Both the position numbers and the translations under genes were made by a program. Of a stretch of DNA of 64,000 bases, positions 10,376 through 21,103 are shown one piece after another. This DNA comes from Tidjanibacter sp. (GTDB taxonomy: Bacteria > Bacteroidota > Bacteroidia > Bacteroidales > Rikenellaceae), in NCBI GenBank assembly GCA_963640325.1, contig CAVHXY010000007.1, forward strand, positions 29,668 to 93,667. The letters run 5' to 3'. The notes below the pieces were generated by a model. The model had not been told where the DNA came from, searched no databases, and saw nothing but the letters and a program-made list of their open reading frames with translations. How positions within the stretch are numbered: position 1 is the stretch's first letter; each line of letters starts with the position of its first letter.

Positions 10376-11953
10376 CTATTTCTCGTCAAACTTTGTCATC
10401 GGGTAATCGATTGAATAATGCAGACCCACACTCTCGTGCATGGCCTGTGCATGTTTGATTATGAGATATCCGACCTCTATCAAGTTTCGCAATTCGCAGA
10501 GTTTCTGGTCGAGTTTACTCTTCTGGTAGAGTTCCTCCGTCTCCTTATATATAAGCTCCATACGACGGAACGCCCTCTCCAGGCGCAAATTGCTCCTGAC
10601 GATACCTACATAGTAACTCATTATCTGTTGCATCTCCTTGTAGTTCTGCGTAATAAGAATCATCTCCTCGGTTGCCACCATGCCGTCATCATTCCAGTCG
10701 GGTATTCCCTCGCAAATGGCAATGTTGTCCACCTGGCTTATGGCATGCTTGGCCGCCTGGTCGGCATACACAGCCGCCTCTATCAAGGAATTGGAAGCCA
10801 AACGATTGGCTCCATGCAATCCAGTGCAGGAAGTCTCCCCCAATGCGTATAGGTGGTGTATATTGGTTTCACCGTTGGTGTCGACTCTGGCGCCACCGCA
10901 ACAGTAATGGGCGGCCGGAGCTACCGGAATCATGTCTTTGGTGATATCTATTCCTATCGAAAGACATTTCTGGTATATATTCGGGAAGTGGTTTATTATA
11001 TCCTGGGCATCCTTGTGCGTGACATCAAGATATAGGAACTCATCACCATGTATTTTCATCTCATGGTCCATGCAACGCGCCACCACATCACGTGGTGCCA
11101 GCGACCCCATCGGATGGTATTTGTGCATGAATTCCTCCCCATTCTGCAGACGCAGTATTGCACCGAATCCACGCATGGCCTCCGTTATCAGAAATGCAGG
11201 ACGCTCACCAGGATTGTATAGGGATGTAGGGTGGAACTGTATGAACTCCATATTCTCTATCACACCCTTGGCTCTGTGTATCATGGCGATACCGTCACCT
11301 GTGGCCACATTGGGATTGGTCGTGGTGTGATAAAGGTTACCCACTCCTCCGGTAGCAACAACGGTTACTTTAGACAGAATGGTGAAGATTTTTTTCTTCT
11401 TCAGATTAAGCACATAGGCGCCATAACACTCAATATCGGACATATGGCGGTTCACCTCACGGCCCAAATGGTGCTGCGTCAGCAAATCGACCGCAAAATG
11501 ATGTTCATACACATCTATATTGCGATGTCTTTTGACCTGGGAAATCAATGCCCGTTCAATTTCCGCACCTGTCAGATCCTTGTGGTGAAGAATCCTGTGC
11601 TCCGTATGGCCTCCTTCGCGGTTGAGTTCATACTTGCCTTCGGGTGTCTTGTCAAAACGGGTTCCCCAACGAATCAAGTCCTTTATCAATTCCGGGGCAC
11701 GTGTCACAACAAGTTCCACGGCCGCCTGGTCACACTTGCCGGCACCACACACCAAAGTATCATGAATGTGTTTTTGGAAATTGTCAGGCGGATAAGTGAC
11801 GCAACATATGCCACCTTGTGCATAGTTGGTATTGCACTCGTTCATTTCCCCTTTTGTGACGATCGTCACATGCCCTTTTTCGGCAGCTTTGAGCGCGAAA
11901 CTCAAGCCGGCGATACCGCTGCCAATAACCAGAAAATCGGTCTTGATATTCAT
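10376..11953 (-). CDS. nadB: L-aspartate oxidase
   Basis: GSGIAGL, YAQGGI, REGGH, QFHPT, LAPRDVVAR, GLHGANRLASNSL. Confidence 0.97.
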   Translation of the reverse strand: MNIKTDFLVIGSGIAGLSFALKAAEKGHVTIVTKGEMNECNTNYAQGGICCVTYPPDNFQKHIHDTLVCGAGKCDQAAVELVVTRAPELIKDLIRWGTRFDKTPEGKYELNREGGHTEHRILHHKDLTGAEIERALISQVKRHRNIDVYEHHFAVDLLTQHHLGREVNRHMSDIECYGAYVLNLKKKKIFTILSKVTVVATGGVGNLYHTTTNPNVATGDGIAMIHRAKGVIENMEFIQFHPTSLYNPGERPAFLITEAMRGFGAILRLQNGEEFMHKYHPMGSLAPRDVVARCMDHEMKIHGDEFLYLDVTHKDAQDIINHFPNIYQKCLSIGIDITKDMIPVAPAAHYCCGGARVDTNGETNIHHLYALGETSCTGLHGANRLASNSLIEAAVYADQAAKHAISQVDNIAICEGIPDWNDDGMVATEEMILITQNYKEMQQIMSYYVGIVRSNLRLERAFRRMELIYKETEELYQKSKLDQKLCELRNLIEVGYLIIKHAQAMHESVGLHYSIDYPMTKFDEK

Positions 11954-12065
11954 TCTGTACGTTTTATTTTCCTTGCGGAAACCGCTCCCGTTGTAGCAAA
12001 CGGGATTCGGACAATGTTTTCAGACTTCAAAATTAGCATTTTTTGCGATTATTCCATAATAATCT

Positions 12066-12908
12066 TCATTGTCTCTTGGTACAATGCAGAGCCGCCCAAC
12101 CGTCACGGCAAACGGAATAAGCCAAATCAAGTCCGTTTTTGTCGGCACACTCTGCCACAGTATCTATGTCCCGTTCAAGTATTCCGCTCATTATCAAATC
12201 ACCGCCAGCACGCAACAGCTGTGCATAAGACGCCATGTCCCCCAGGAGGATATTGCGGTTTATGTTGGCCAACACGAAATCATACTCCCTGCCCTGCAAT
12301 GCATTTACATCACCGAGCATAACAGAGATATTGTCTGACACACGGTTCTCGGCAATATTTTCAAGACAGTTTTCATATGCCCATGTGTCGATATCCACAG
12401 CATCCACATGTTTGGCACCGCATTTCATGGCTGTTATGGCCAACACTCCTGTGCCGCTCCCCACATCTGCACCGCACTTGCCCTTAATGCCAAGTTTCAT
12501 AATCTCTCCTACCATGAGACAGGTGGTTGCATGGTGCCCCGTCCCAAATGACATTTTGGGCATTATAACCACATCTATTCCGCTTTCGGGTGCAGGAGCG
12601 AACGGTGCCCGTATTCTGCACAGTCCATCTACATCGACCGATTTGAACTCAGCCTCCCATGCGGCATTCCAGTCTTTCTGCTCTATCTCTATATATGCGG
12701 CATCCTTCACCCCATACTCTGCCAACAGTGCGTCAGTAGCATCCTTGCAATCTGCAAGCTTATCTTCCAAGATATAGGCTTTCAGCGTATTGTTTTCAGT
12801 CATGAAACTGTCGAACGGATAGTCCGACAACATTGCCGTCAGAATGTCTCCCGTCTCTTGCGGGTTCTCAAAACCTTCAAGAGGGATATTGAGTTCTATA
12901 TAATTCAT
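12066..12908 (-). CDS. prmA: Ribosomal protein L11 methyltransferase
   Basis: PKMSFGTGHHATT, DVGSGTGVLA, LANINRNIL. Confidence 0.95.
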   Translation of the reverse strand: MNYIELNIPLEGFENPQETGDILTAMLSDYPFDSFMTENNTLKAYILEDKLADCKDATDALLAEYGVKDAAYIEIEQKDWNAAWEAEFKSVDVDGLCRIRAPFAPAPESGIDVVIMPKMSFGTGHHATTCLMVGEIMKLGIKGKCGADVGSGTGVLAITAMKCGAKHVDAVDIDTWAYENCLENIAENRVSDNISVMLGDVNALQGREYDFVLANINRNILLGDMASYAQLLRAGGDLIMSGILERDIDTVAECADKNGLDLAYSVCRDGWAALHCTKRQ

Positions 12909-12978
12909 AATTTTGTATTAATTTAGCGATGCGGTGTCCGCTTTCACCGCGGAGCGTTATGACAAAGATAACAACTTT

Positions 12979-13890
12979 ATGGACAGGTTAATCGACACGT
13001 GGCAAAAACCGCTGGACAAATTCCGGAACTACATCAAATTCGAACGGCGTCTCTCGAACAACACTGTTGCTGCCTACATGCATGATCTGAACGGCTTCGC
13101 CGAGAGCGTTATCGCCCAAGGCCGCACGTCTCCTGCCGAGGTCGACCCCGAAGCCATAGAGGCATATCTCGGCACTCTTTATGACAAAGGAGTGGGCAAA
13201 CGTTCGCAAAGCCGCATACTGAGTTGCCTGAAGAGTTTCTTCAAATATATGCTCCTCACGGAGACCATAACGGAGTCACCGGCAGAATTCATTGAGCACC
13301 CGAAACTGGGCCTGCACCTGCCTGATGTACTGACAGTAGAAGAGATTGGCCGTATCTTCAGTGCGGTGGATACCTCCACAGAAAAGGGGCAACGGAACCG
13401 TGCCATACTGGAGGTTTTGTATGGATGCGGCATACGTGTGTCAGAGCTCGTGGGAATGAAAATACAAGACCTTCATCTTGAGGACCGCGTTGTTTTTATT
13501 ACCGGCAAGGGCAACAAGCAACGTCTTGTGCCCATATGCGATGAGGCCATAAGGCAAGTGTGTGAGTACCTGCGTCAACGAGAATGCCCCGACAGTGCCT
13601 ATAGCCAATATCTGTTTCTCAACAGATTCGGCCGGCCGCTATCCCGCATAGCCGTGTTCGATATGGTAAAAGAAGTGGCAATGCTGGCCGGAATAACCAA
13701 AAGCATCAGCCCCCACACCTTCCGCCACAGCTTTGCCACCCACCTGCTGCATGGCGGTGCAAGCATCCGTCAGGTGCAGGTTCTGTTGGGGCATGAGTCC
13801 ATAACTACCACCGAGATATACACCCATCTCGACATTGAGTTTCTGCGCAACACCCTTGAGCAACACCACCCGTTGGCTTCAAAAGAATAG
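12979..13890 (+). CDS. xerD: Site-specific tyrosine recombinase XerD-like
   Basis: LYGCGIRVSEL, GKGNKQRLVP, SPHTFRHSFATHLL, LLGHESITTTEIYTH. Confidence 0.88.
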   Translation: MDRLIDTWQKPLDKFRNYIKFERRLSNNTVAAYMHDLNGFAESVIAQGRTSPAEVDPEAIEAYLGTLYDKGVGKRSQSRILSCLKSFFKYMLLTETITESPAEFIEHPKLGLHLPDVLTVEEIGRIFSAVDTSTEKGQRNRAILEVLYGCGIRVSELVGMKIQDLHLEDRVVFITGKGNKQRLVPICDEAIRQVCEYLRQRECPDSAYSQYLFLNRFGRPLSRIAVFDMVKEVAMLAGITKSISPHTFRHSFATHLLHGGASIRQVQVLLGHESITTTEIYTHLDIEFLRNTLEQHHPLASKE

Positions 13891-15116
13891 GACAGGCTTC
13901 CCAACACAATTGTTGATGTCGCAAATCCGGTGTTCCTTGTCGGTACCGAAAATGTCCGACAACTTCAACCAAAGACTCAGCTTGTTGCCGCAAAGCATTG
14001 CATTTATGCTGATATCCGTACGGAATGTAGACTTAAGTTCTGACAGATACTGGTGGTCCGTGCTGTTCCCCACACATCAAACGACAGATTTGTATTCTTG
14101 GTTATGCCGGAAGACATTATCCAACTCATACGCAAAATAAGGATTGCCATAACTCTGTCCGCCATATGTCATGTATTGCTTGAACAGCCTCACCTCCGCC
14201 TTTGAGCGCCAGAATTTTATAGTGGACTTATAGCTCAATGTTTTGTTTTTGCTCATATTGTCCAATTGCCGCAAAACACTGACTGCCGAGCCGTTGCTGT
14301 CAAAGCTCAAATCATTTCTGTCGTGGGGTGTCTTGTGGCCGCGCTGAGCCGTAAAATCCCCGGAGACATCCCATTTACCCTTGGGATAATTTATGCGTCC
14401 TATTCCCAGACCGTTAAAATGCATGGTTTGATTATCCTGCACCGTCAGCGAAGCACTTAAGCCCTCTTCGGGTTTAATCGTTACAATTCTTACCGCCGCC
14501 CGGACATCACTCCCGTAGACCACTCCGGATTGCAAATCAGTCTCCACGCTCTTTATCTCATTGCTTTGGATTTTCTGCAAATCCCCGAGGTCCGTAACCT
14601 TGCGGTTGTCGATATACATAAGCGGTGTTCATCTTCCGAAGACCGATACTCCTTCGTCGCTGCAGCTCACGAAAGGTATGAGAGAGAGTATCTGTATGGC
14701 ATTACCGGTATTGGACAATTTGGTGTGCTCCACACTGACCTTCAGTTTGCCGTTGTTCTTCTTTACCGACGGCCGCTTGGCCTTCACCGTAACCTCATCC
14801 ATCATATTCAATGCCTCATCGTACCCATATCGTAAGTTGGTTTAAGACAGAGCGTATTGAAACCAAGGCTACTATCCTTGGGTATTGATTCATTGAGTGC
14901 TGTATTGCCGGGCAAGTTGAAGATTCCGTCCTCAATGCTCACCACCCCTGAACGACCGTGCTGTCGGCTTTCGACATCAAAGAGATAGCTGATTGGATCC
15001 TGATATTGGTCCACGACACGACCTCTGATGTTTTGCGCCACTGTCGGCACAACTGTAAGCGTAAATAGAACCACCAGAAGAATTTGACGTCTAAAAATCC
15101 GAATCATTTTATTCAT
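13879..15116 (-). pseudogene. Fragmented outer-membrane beta-barrel / TonB-dependent receptor-like gene
   Basis: Successive minus-strand fragments in different frames: signal peptide + IRGRVVD (15116-14808), EVTVKAKRP..LSLIPFV (14811-14629), YIDNRKV..IKSVE (14619-14077), and a short tail. Much shorter than an intact receptor. Confidence 0.7.
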
Positions 15117-15375
15117 CTAACAACCTTATAATCTGTCAGCAGCATTCATGGAGCAAGAAGATGGCGCCAACGGATGGTTTTGACGAATGTCTCTCTTGCC
15201 CGTTTCTTATGCTGTGATATCAATTTTTGTCCATGTCTCGGCAAGTGCTTGCCGCTCGCCATCAAAACACTGTCAATCAATACGAATTACCCACAATTCA
15301 CTTTTTTCTCGTTACCTGCTTTAGTATGACTCACCAAAACCACATGGTCTCCAAAAACGACATTGAATATGTTTA

Positions 15376-15417
15376 AATAGAGAAATGGAGACCTTTGCGG
15401 GTCTCCACTTCTCTATT
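15376..15417 (-). terminator. Intrinsic terminator after DUF2795 gene
   Basis: AATAGAGAAATGGAGACC-TTTGCG-GGTCTCCACTTCTCTATT hairpin. Confidence 0.65.
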
Positions 15418-15439
15418 CCTCGTGCCAATTAATCACCGA

Positions 15440-15661
15440 TCAATACTCATCTTCGTTGAAGAAGAAATCATCCTTGCTTGGGTAGTCGGGCCATACATCT
15501 TCTATACTCTCATATATGTCGCCCTCGTCTTCGATCTCTTCCAAATTCTCAATCACCTCCAACGGTGCTCCAGAACGTATTGCATAATCAATCAACTCTT
15601 CTTTTGTTGCAGGCCAAGGTGCATCCTCAAGCTTTGAGGCCAATTCCAACGTCCAATACAT
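15440..15661 (-). CDS. DUF2795 domain-containing protein
   Basis: MYWTLELASKLEDAPWPATKEELIDYAIRSGAP..FFFNEDEY, a conserved small Bacteroidota protein. Confidence 0.9.
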   Translation of the reverse strand: MYWTLELASKLEDAPWPATKEELIDYAIRSGAPLEVIENLEEIEDEGDIYESIEDVWPDYPSKDDFFFNEDEY

Positions 15662-15745
15662 AATCAATTGCAGTTTAATGTGTTACACAAATATGCCCTA
15701 AACTTTATCCGACAAATATAAGAATTTTTCCAATATATCAAAATA

Positions 15746-16297
15746 TTATCTCGGCATCCAATAATTTTCCGCCACCCCTATCAGTTCGTACGCCCTGCGT
15801 CCAAGCACATATAGATAGTCCGAAAGACGGTTAATATAGGCGCTTACCACCACAGAGACACTACGGACATTACCCACTTCTGCGATACGGCGTTCGGCCC
15901 TACGGCAAACCGTACGGCACACGTTTGCCTGCGAAATCACCTTGTCTCCGCCTGGCAAAAGAAACTTGTGGACCTTGGGCAACAAGGCGGAAATCTCATC
16001 GATTCTGCTCTCCAACCACTCAACCCGAGTCTCATCCATGTCCTTCACCTTTCCGCCGCCACATTCGCCAACAGCCAACAATGCCTCCACATCCATGAGG
16101 TCATTCAAAATAGAAAGGATATCATTCGAGAACTCCTCAATCTGTATCTCCTTCATGATATCCATCAACAATGCAACATGTGCGCTCAATTCATCCACCG
16201 TGCCGTATGCCTCCACACGTTTGTCGTATTTAGGCACCCTCTCACCGCCTATGAGAGAAGTCGTTCCCTTATCGCCCGTTCTTGTATAAATTGCCAT
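15746..16297 (-). CDS. PduO-type cob(I)alamin adenosyltransferase
   Basis: IYTRTGDKGTT, AYGTVDEL, RTVCRRAER, YINRLSDYL. Confidence 0.93.
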   Translation of the reverse strand: MAIYTRTGDKGTTSLIGGERVPKYDKRVEAYGTVDELSAHVALLMDIMKEIQIEEFSNDILSILNDLMDVEALLAVGECGGGKVKDMDETRVEWLESRIDEISALLPKVHKFLLPGGDKVISQANVCRTVCRRAERRIAEVGNVRSVSVVVSAYINRLSDYLYVLGRRAYELIGVAENYWMPR

Positions 16298-16303
16298 AAT
16301 GTC

Positions 16304-16825
16304 TTATAATTTGATGTGTTGTTTCTTTTTCATGTCATTATAGAGATATAGCACGAAGCCAATATTGTCCAAACTCATCCCGCGATGCCCCTTTATCAGC
16401 CTGCGGCAGAACTTGAGTCGCTCCTTGTTGTACCGGGGATACATCACGCACAAGGTAAGCCTGACATCACCCACCCTCGATACGAAATGCCATATCTGCT
16501 CCGGCGTGCTGTTCATGGTAGCGATATAAAGTCCGTTCTCCGAAATGGCGCACTCCTCCAGATTGTCTACGGCATATGTTCCATAGTTGCAATAATGGTA
16601 CATATTCTGCATCTGCACCGCGCGGCGGTTGCCCACACGGGCTACCCGCAACAGCCTGTACAAATGTCTGTCTTCGCACAAGAACTCTTTTTTGAGAAAG
16701 ACATCACGCTCAAGTGCATAAGCATATGGCGAATGGACCCCATAGCCACGATAGTGCCGCAAATGTGACACTGTCCGCGAATAGCGCAATGCTCTCAAGA
16801 ATTTTTGAACAATATTCAGTTTCAT
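16304..16825 (-). CDS. Conserved hypothetical protein
   Basis: RGYGVHSPYAY motif typical of a Bacteroidota family; overlaps the upstream gene stop in the operon. Confidence 0.7.
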   Translation of the reverse strand: MKLNIVQKFLRALRYSRTVSHLRHYRGYGVHSPYAYALERDVFLKKEFLCEDRHLYRLLRVARVGNRRAVQMQNMYHYCNYGTYAVDNLEECAISENGLYIATMNSTPEQIWHFVSRVGDVRLTLCVMYPRYNKERLKFCRRLIKGHRGMSLDNIGFVLYLYNDMKKKQHIKL

Positions 16826-18087
16826 CTCTGTTTTCTCAACTGTGCCGCCAAATGCCCCGTAGAAAATGCCATCTGCAAATTATAGCCTCCTGTGTTGGCA
16901 TCTATATCGAGTAGTTCTCCGGCAAAATAAAGTCCTTTTACGAGCTTCGATTCCATGGTCTCCGGCCACACCTCATTCACATCCACACCGCCAGCCGTAA
17001 CTATTGCCTCTTCAAAGGGTCGATAGTCCGTTATATGCAGCCTGAAGTCTTTCAGCAATGCAGCAAATCTCTTCACAGCCTCGTCCGTCAAATCCGACAT
17101 CGGGCGGCGGACATTCAGTCCCAGACATTTCGCCATTGGCAACACCAGTTCGCGCGGAACTATTTTCCTCACCAACTCGCCGACTGTGAGCGTTGCCGGT
17201 TGCTCGTTTATCTCACGCAAGATGCGCTTCTCAACATCCTCTACCACCAAGGCAGGTTTCAGGTCTATCGAAATATCAACGTTATGCCCATCTATAAGGG
17301 CATCCACTGCAAGTCGGCTTACACGCAAAATAACAGCCCCTTCAATTGCACGTTTTGTAAATGCCATCTCTCCGAACTCCTCGACCGCTTTCTCTCCGTC
17401 AATGAGCAACGAGAGATTGATGTTTTTCAACAACAGGCCGGCCATGTAGGGCAATTCGTGATAGTCCGACTCAAGAGGAACCAACGACGGACGTATGGCA
17501 ATGATGTTGTGTCCCAAACGATGCGCCAGTTTATACCCGTCCCCTGTCGAACCTGTGGCCGGATATGTCGCGCCGCCGGTGGACAATATCACATTGGGAG
17601 CCTCTATGCGCCTAATGAATCCGCGGGAGTTCCTATATTCCACACCCAATACTTTATTATTGATTGTCAATATATTTTCCACCTTCGCTTCGCACTCAAT
17701 GGTCACCCCCAATTCACGGCACCAATCAACCAGGGCCTGGGCTATATCCCATGCCTTGCCGCTCTTGGGAAAAACGCGGCAACCGTGCTCCACCTCAACT
17801 TTCACTCCGAGCCGCTCGAAGAAATTCATCAAAGCCGTATTGGGGAATGCCTTGAATGCAGGCCGGAAGAATTCGGCATTGCACTGCACCTTTTCCAAAA
17901 ATTCCTCTTCACTCCGGGTGTTTGTCAAATTGCACCGCCCCTTTCCGGAGATACGGACCTTGCGCCCGGTCTTCTCCATTTTTTCGAGCAATATCACCGA
18001 CTGGCCACGCCCTGCGGCTACACCGGCAGCCATCAAACCTGCTGCACCACCGCCAACCACGACCAAATTATATTCCTTATTCTCCAT
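16822..18087 (-). CDS. HI0933/YhiN-family NAD(P)/FAD-dependent oxidoreductase
   Basis: GGGAAGLMAA, SGKGRCNLTN, TGSTGDGY, VTAGGV, TGGYNLQ. Confidence 0.92.
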   Translation of the reverse strand: MENKEYNLVVVGGGAAGLMAAGVAAGRGQSVILLEKMEKTGRKVRISGKGRCNLTNTRSEEEFLEKVQCNAEFFRPAFKAFPNTALMNFFERLGVKVEVEHGCRVFPKSGKAWDIAQALVDWCRELGVTIECEAKVENILTINNKVLGVEYRNSRGFIRRIEAPNVILSTGGATYPATGSTGDGYKLAHRLGHNIIAIRPSLVPLESDYHELPYMAGLLLKNINLSLLIDGEKAVEEFGEMAFTKRAIEGAVILRVSRLAVDALIDGHNVDISIDLKPALVVEDVEKRILREINEQPATLTVGELVRKIVPRELVLPMAKCLGLNVRRPMSDLTDEAVKRFAALLKDFRLHITDYRPFEEAIVTAGGVDVNEVWPETMESKLVKGLYFAGELLDIDANTGGYNLQMAFSTGHLAAQLRKQR

Positions 18088-18201
18088 AGTTAACTGCAAA
18101 TTTAACCATTTATTTTCATTTAATATCCAATATACGATACTTTGACACCGAATGATTCAAAATTTGATTATCTTTGCCGGCGAAACTGTTCTGAAGTTTA
18201 T

Positions 18202-19140
18202 ATGTTAAGTCGAAGGTTCTTAAGAATAAAAGTCGTGAAGGCTCTCTATGCCTTCTACAAATCCGGTTCAGACAAACTGGATGGTGCCGAAAAGGTTCTA
18301 TTGGCAAGTATCGACAAATCGTATGACCTCTATCTGAAAATGCTTGCTTTGGTACCGCAGATTACCCAGTATGCCCAAGAGCGTATTGAGATTGCCCAAA
18401 ACAAGAAGCTACCCACTTTTGAAGACCTCCACCCCAACTACAAGTTCGTCAACAATCGTGCAGTGGCACAAATTGCGGCCAGCCATGACCTTGAAGTCTT
18501 GGTTGACAAGAAAGGTTTGGGCTGGAGCAAGAACCCCGAAATCATAAAGCACCTCTACAACCAACTCATCGAAAGTGACTATTACAAGGAGTACATGGCT
18601 GACAGCGAAGAAAGCTACAAGAAAAGTGTAGCATTGGTGCAGGATTTCTACATCAACACGGTGCAGGACAACGAACAACTTGAGCAGCTATTGGAGGACG
18701 AATCCATACTGTGGATGAACGACCTGGACTTTGCCCTAATAATGGTTATGCGCACGCTGGACAACCTGAGGGCCAAGCAGACAGACATTTCCATTCTACC
18801 GAAATTCAAAAGCAAGGAAGACGAGGACTTCGTCAAAAAATTATTCCGTTCGGTTATCGCCCACTATGACGAATATATAAAGTACATTGAACAATACACC
18901 AGAAACTGGGATGTGGAGAGAATCGCATTCATGGACAATCTCATCATGGCAACCGCCATGGCCGAATTGATAGAGTTCGACACCATTCCAGTAAAAGTGA
19001 CGTTCGATGAGTACATCGAAATTGCCAAGCACTACAGTACTGCAGGCAGTGGTGTCTTCATCAACGGCATTCTTGACAAGATTGTCAAGTCACTCACCAA
19101 CGAGGGCAAGATCAACAAATCGGGACGAGGCTTGATTTAG
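18202..19140 (+). CDS. nusB: Transcription antitermination factor NusB
   Basis: MLSRRFLRIKVVKALYA, NWDVERIA, EYIEIAKHYST..FINGILD; TATCTTTG promoter at 18169. Confidence 0.93.
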   Translation: MLSRRFLRIKVVKALYAFYKSGSDKLDGAEKVLLASIDKSYDLYLKMLALVPQITQYAQERIEIAQNKKLPTFEDLHPNYKFVNNRAVAQIAASHDLEVLVDKKGLGWSKNPEIIKHLYNQLIESDYYKEYMADSEESYKKSVALVQDFYINTVQDNEQLEQLLEDESILWMNDLDFALIMVMRTLDNLRAKQTDISILPKFKSKEDEDFVKKLFRSVIAHYDEYIKYIEQYTRNWDVERIAFMDNLIMATAMAELIEFDTIPVKVTFDEYIEIAKHYSTAGSGVFINGILDKIVKSLTNEGKINKSGRGLI

Positions 19141-19160
19141 CGGCAAACCTTCCCATATAA

Positions 19161-19204
19161 CAATAAAAAAAGGAAGTCTTAAATGAGGCTTCCTTTTTTT
19201 ATTG
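19161..19204. terminator. Bidirectional terminator (nusB / yajC)
   Basis: A-tract-GGAAGTCTT-loop-GAGGCTTCC-T-tract. Confidence 0.8.
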
Positions 19205-19218
19205 TCCAACTATGCTGA

Positions 19219-19545
19219 TTATCTGGGGCCCAGATCGCTGGGATCTTTCATAATCATAGTCTTGTCCACTCGGATTGAAACATTGTTGTCCACCTCAATC
19301 AGGACATAGACCTCCTTGACCTCCTTGATTGTTCCGTAGATTCCTCCGGCCGTTATAACCTTCTGCCCCTTCTCAAGCGAATCGCGGAATTTCTGCAGTT
19401 CTTTCTGGCGTTTCTGCTGCGGACGGATCATAAACAGCCACATGACAATAAAGATCAATACAATCATTATCAGGAAACTACCGCTGCCACCCGTGCCCTG
19501 GGTCGTTGCTGCCTGTGCAGGCAATAAAATCGTTGTAAAATTCAT
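19219..19545 (-). CDS. yajC: Preprotein translocase subunit YajC
   Basis: TM segment + FMIRPQQKRQK, KVITAGGIYG. Confidence 0.96.
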   Translation of the reverse strand: MNFTTILLPAQAATTQGTGGSGSFLIMIVLIFIVMWLFMIRPQQKRQKELQKFRDSLEKGQKVITAGGIYGTIKEVKEVYVLIEVDNNVSIRVDKTMIMKDPSDLGPR

Positions 19546-19663
19546 TGTGTTAAAAATTATTTGTTATACTCGTTCTTTTCTCGCTTCAAGCCAACAAATA
19601 TAGTTAATGTTTTCTGATGTTCCAAGTGCATGCACACACTAAAATCTGCAGGACATGGCAGCC

Positions 19664-20362
19664 TTATTGCTGTCCGTAACAATCTATAATCTTCTTCACC
19701 ACCTGCGGAGTCCCTTCGGCCGAGCGCATACGAAGATGCTCCACCACATTCGCCGAGCCATAATCCGGTTGTCCGGGGTCCACCACATAAATCGGAACCT
19801 GTGGCTTGGCATACCTTATCAATGAAGCTGCCGGATACACCGCCAATGAGGTGCCGACCACAAGCATTATATCAGCCGATGCCGCTATGCGGGCGGCACG
19901 GTCAAACATGGGCACCGCCTCACCGAAGAAGACTATATGAGGGCGCAATAACGTTCCATCGTCCGCACGTGCATCCAATTCCTGCTTCCACCCTTTCAGA
20001 TTGTATATATCATCCGGGGTAGCCGAACTGCGCAACTTGGTCAATTCACCATGCAAGTGCGTCACATGACTACTTCCGGCACGCTCATGCAGATTATCCA
20101 CATTTTGGGTAACCACCTCCACATCAAAATATTTCTCCAACTCAGCAATGGCATAGTGCCCTGCGTTGGGTTTGCTTTCAAGCATCTCCTTGCGACGCTT
20201 ATTGTAGAATTCCAGCACAACAGGACGGTTGGTCACCAATGCCTCGGGTGTACAAACATCTTCTATCCGATAGTTGGCCCACAAACCGTCACTGCCCCTG
20301 AAAGTTGCGATGCCGCTGTCTGCGCTCACGCCGGCGCCTGTAAAAATTACTATTTTTTTCAT
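19664..20362 (-). CDS. cobB: Sir2-family NAD-dependent protein deacylase
   Basis: TGAGVSADSGIATFR, TQNVDNLHERAG, HLHG, VGTSLAVYPAA. Confidence 0.94.
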   Translation of the reverse strand: MKKIVIFTGAGVSADSGIATFRGSDGLWANYRIEDVCTPEALVTNRPVVLEFYNKRRKEMLESKPNAGHYAIAELEKYFDVEVVTQNVDNLHERAGSSHVTHLHGELTKLRSSATPDDIYNLKGWKQELDARADDGTLLRPHIVFFGEAVPMFDRAARIAASADIMLVVGTSLAVYPAASLIRYAKPQVPIYVVDPGQPDYGSANVVEHLRMRSAEGTPQVVKKIIDCYGQQ

Positions 20363-20401
20363 AACTGCACAATAACAAATGTCTTCTACAAATATAATGG
20401 C

Positions 20402-20431
20402 TTTGGGCGGAATCTCACAATTCCGCCCAAA
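20402..20431 (-). terminator. Hairpin/terminator after Arc-like gene
   Basis: TTTGGGCGGAAT-loop-ATTCCGCCCAAA. Confidence 0.65.
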
Positions 20432-20439
20432 ATCCTATT

Positions 20440-20601
20440 CTATTTCTTTTTGCGCCCGCTGCGTTTGAGTGCCTCGGCGATTATCCACTGCAGTTGGCCG
20501 TTTATGCTGCGGAACTCATCGGCAGCCCATTTTTCGAGAGCATCCATCGTCTGGACATCCACTCTGAGCACGAAGCTTTTAGTCTTCTCTTCCTTTTCCA
20601 T
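20440..20601 (-). CDS. Arc-family (ribbon-helix-helix) DNA-binding protein, 53 aa; absent from the ORF track
   Basis: Manual translation: MEKEEKTKSFVLRVDVQTMDALEKWAADEFRSINGQLQWIIAEALKRSGRKKK; starts 4 bp after the upstream stop. Confidence 0.88.
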   Translation of the reverse strand: MEKEEKTKSFVLRVDVQTMDALEKWAADEFRSINGQLQWIIAEALKRSGRKKK

Positions 20602-20605
20602 ATAA

Positions 20606-21097
20606 TCACGGTCTCTTCATGCATTCCAAGGCTTTCAACAACTCTCCCGCCTGTTGGCAAGAGACAACATATTTCACATCCGATGTCTCTATCAGAACAA
20701 GCCCCTTGAGGTCCGTCGCATAGACTTTCACACGGCCCAATTTCCTATTTCTGTAATCGCCAGTATAACCAAACAATCCGCCATTCCCAGCCAGTCTGAC
20801 AAACTTGATACCATCGTCAAGTTTCTTTACCGAAACAATTTTATAAGCCGGTATCACGATGCTGCCCACGTAGCGGGATATAACCACCCCACTCTGCGAG
20901 ACTGTCATACTATTGGGAGCCGTAATCCGGCACCCGACCAACAATCCGATACAAACAAGTACATACACCAACAACAACAGCCACGGAATTCCTTCCGTAA
21001 AACACATTATCAAGCCGGCAACGATCAGAACGGCAAAACTGAATATCGTACTGAGCCACACTCGTTTGCTTCGCACGAATGTAAAAGTAGCACTCAT
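20606..21097 (-). CDS. Bacterial PH domain-containing membrane protein
   Basis: Two TM segments followed by RLAGNGGLFGYTG motif. Confidence 0.75.
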   Translation of the reverse strand: MSATFTFVRSKRVWLSTIFSFAVLIVAGLIMCFTEGIPWLLLLVYVLVCIGLLVGCRITAPNSMTVSQSGVVISRYVGSIVIPAYKIVSVKKLDDGIKFVRLAGNGGLFGYTGDYRNRKLGRVKVYATDLKGLVLIETSDVKYVVSCQQAGELLKALECMKRP

Positions 21098-21103
21098 TGT
21101 ACA

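Noticed and set aside
12979..13890. Tyrosine recombinase as a possible phage or island integrase
   Set aside because: Size and motifs fit chromosomal XerD; there is no arm-binding domain or att repeat, and it lies far from the phage fragment.
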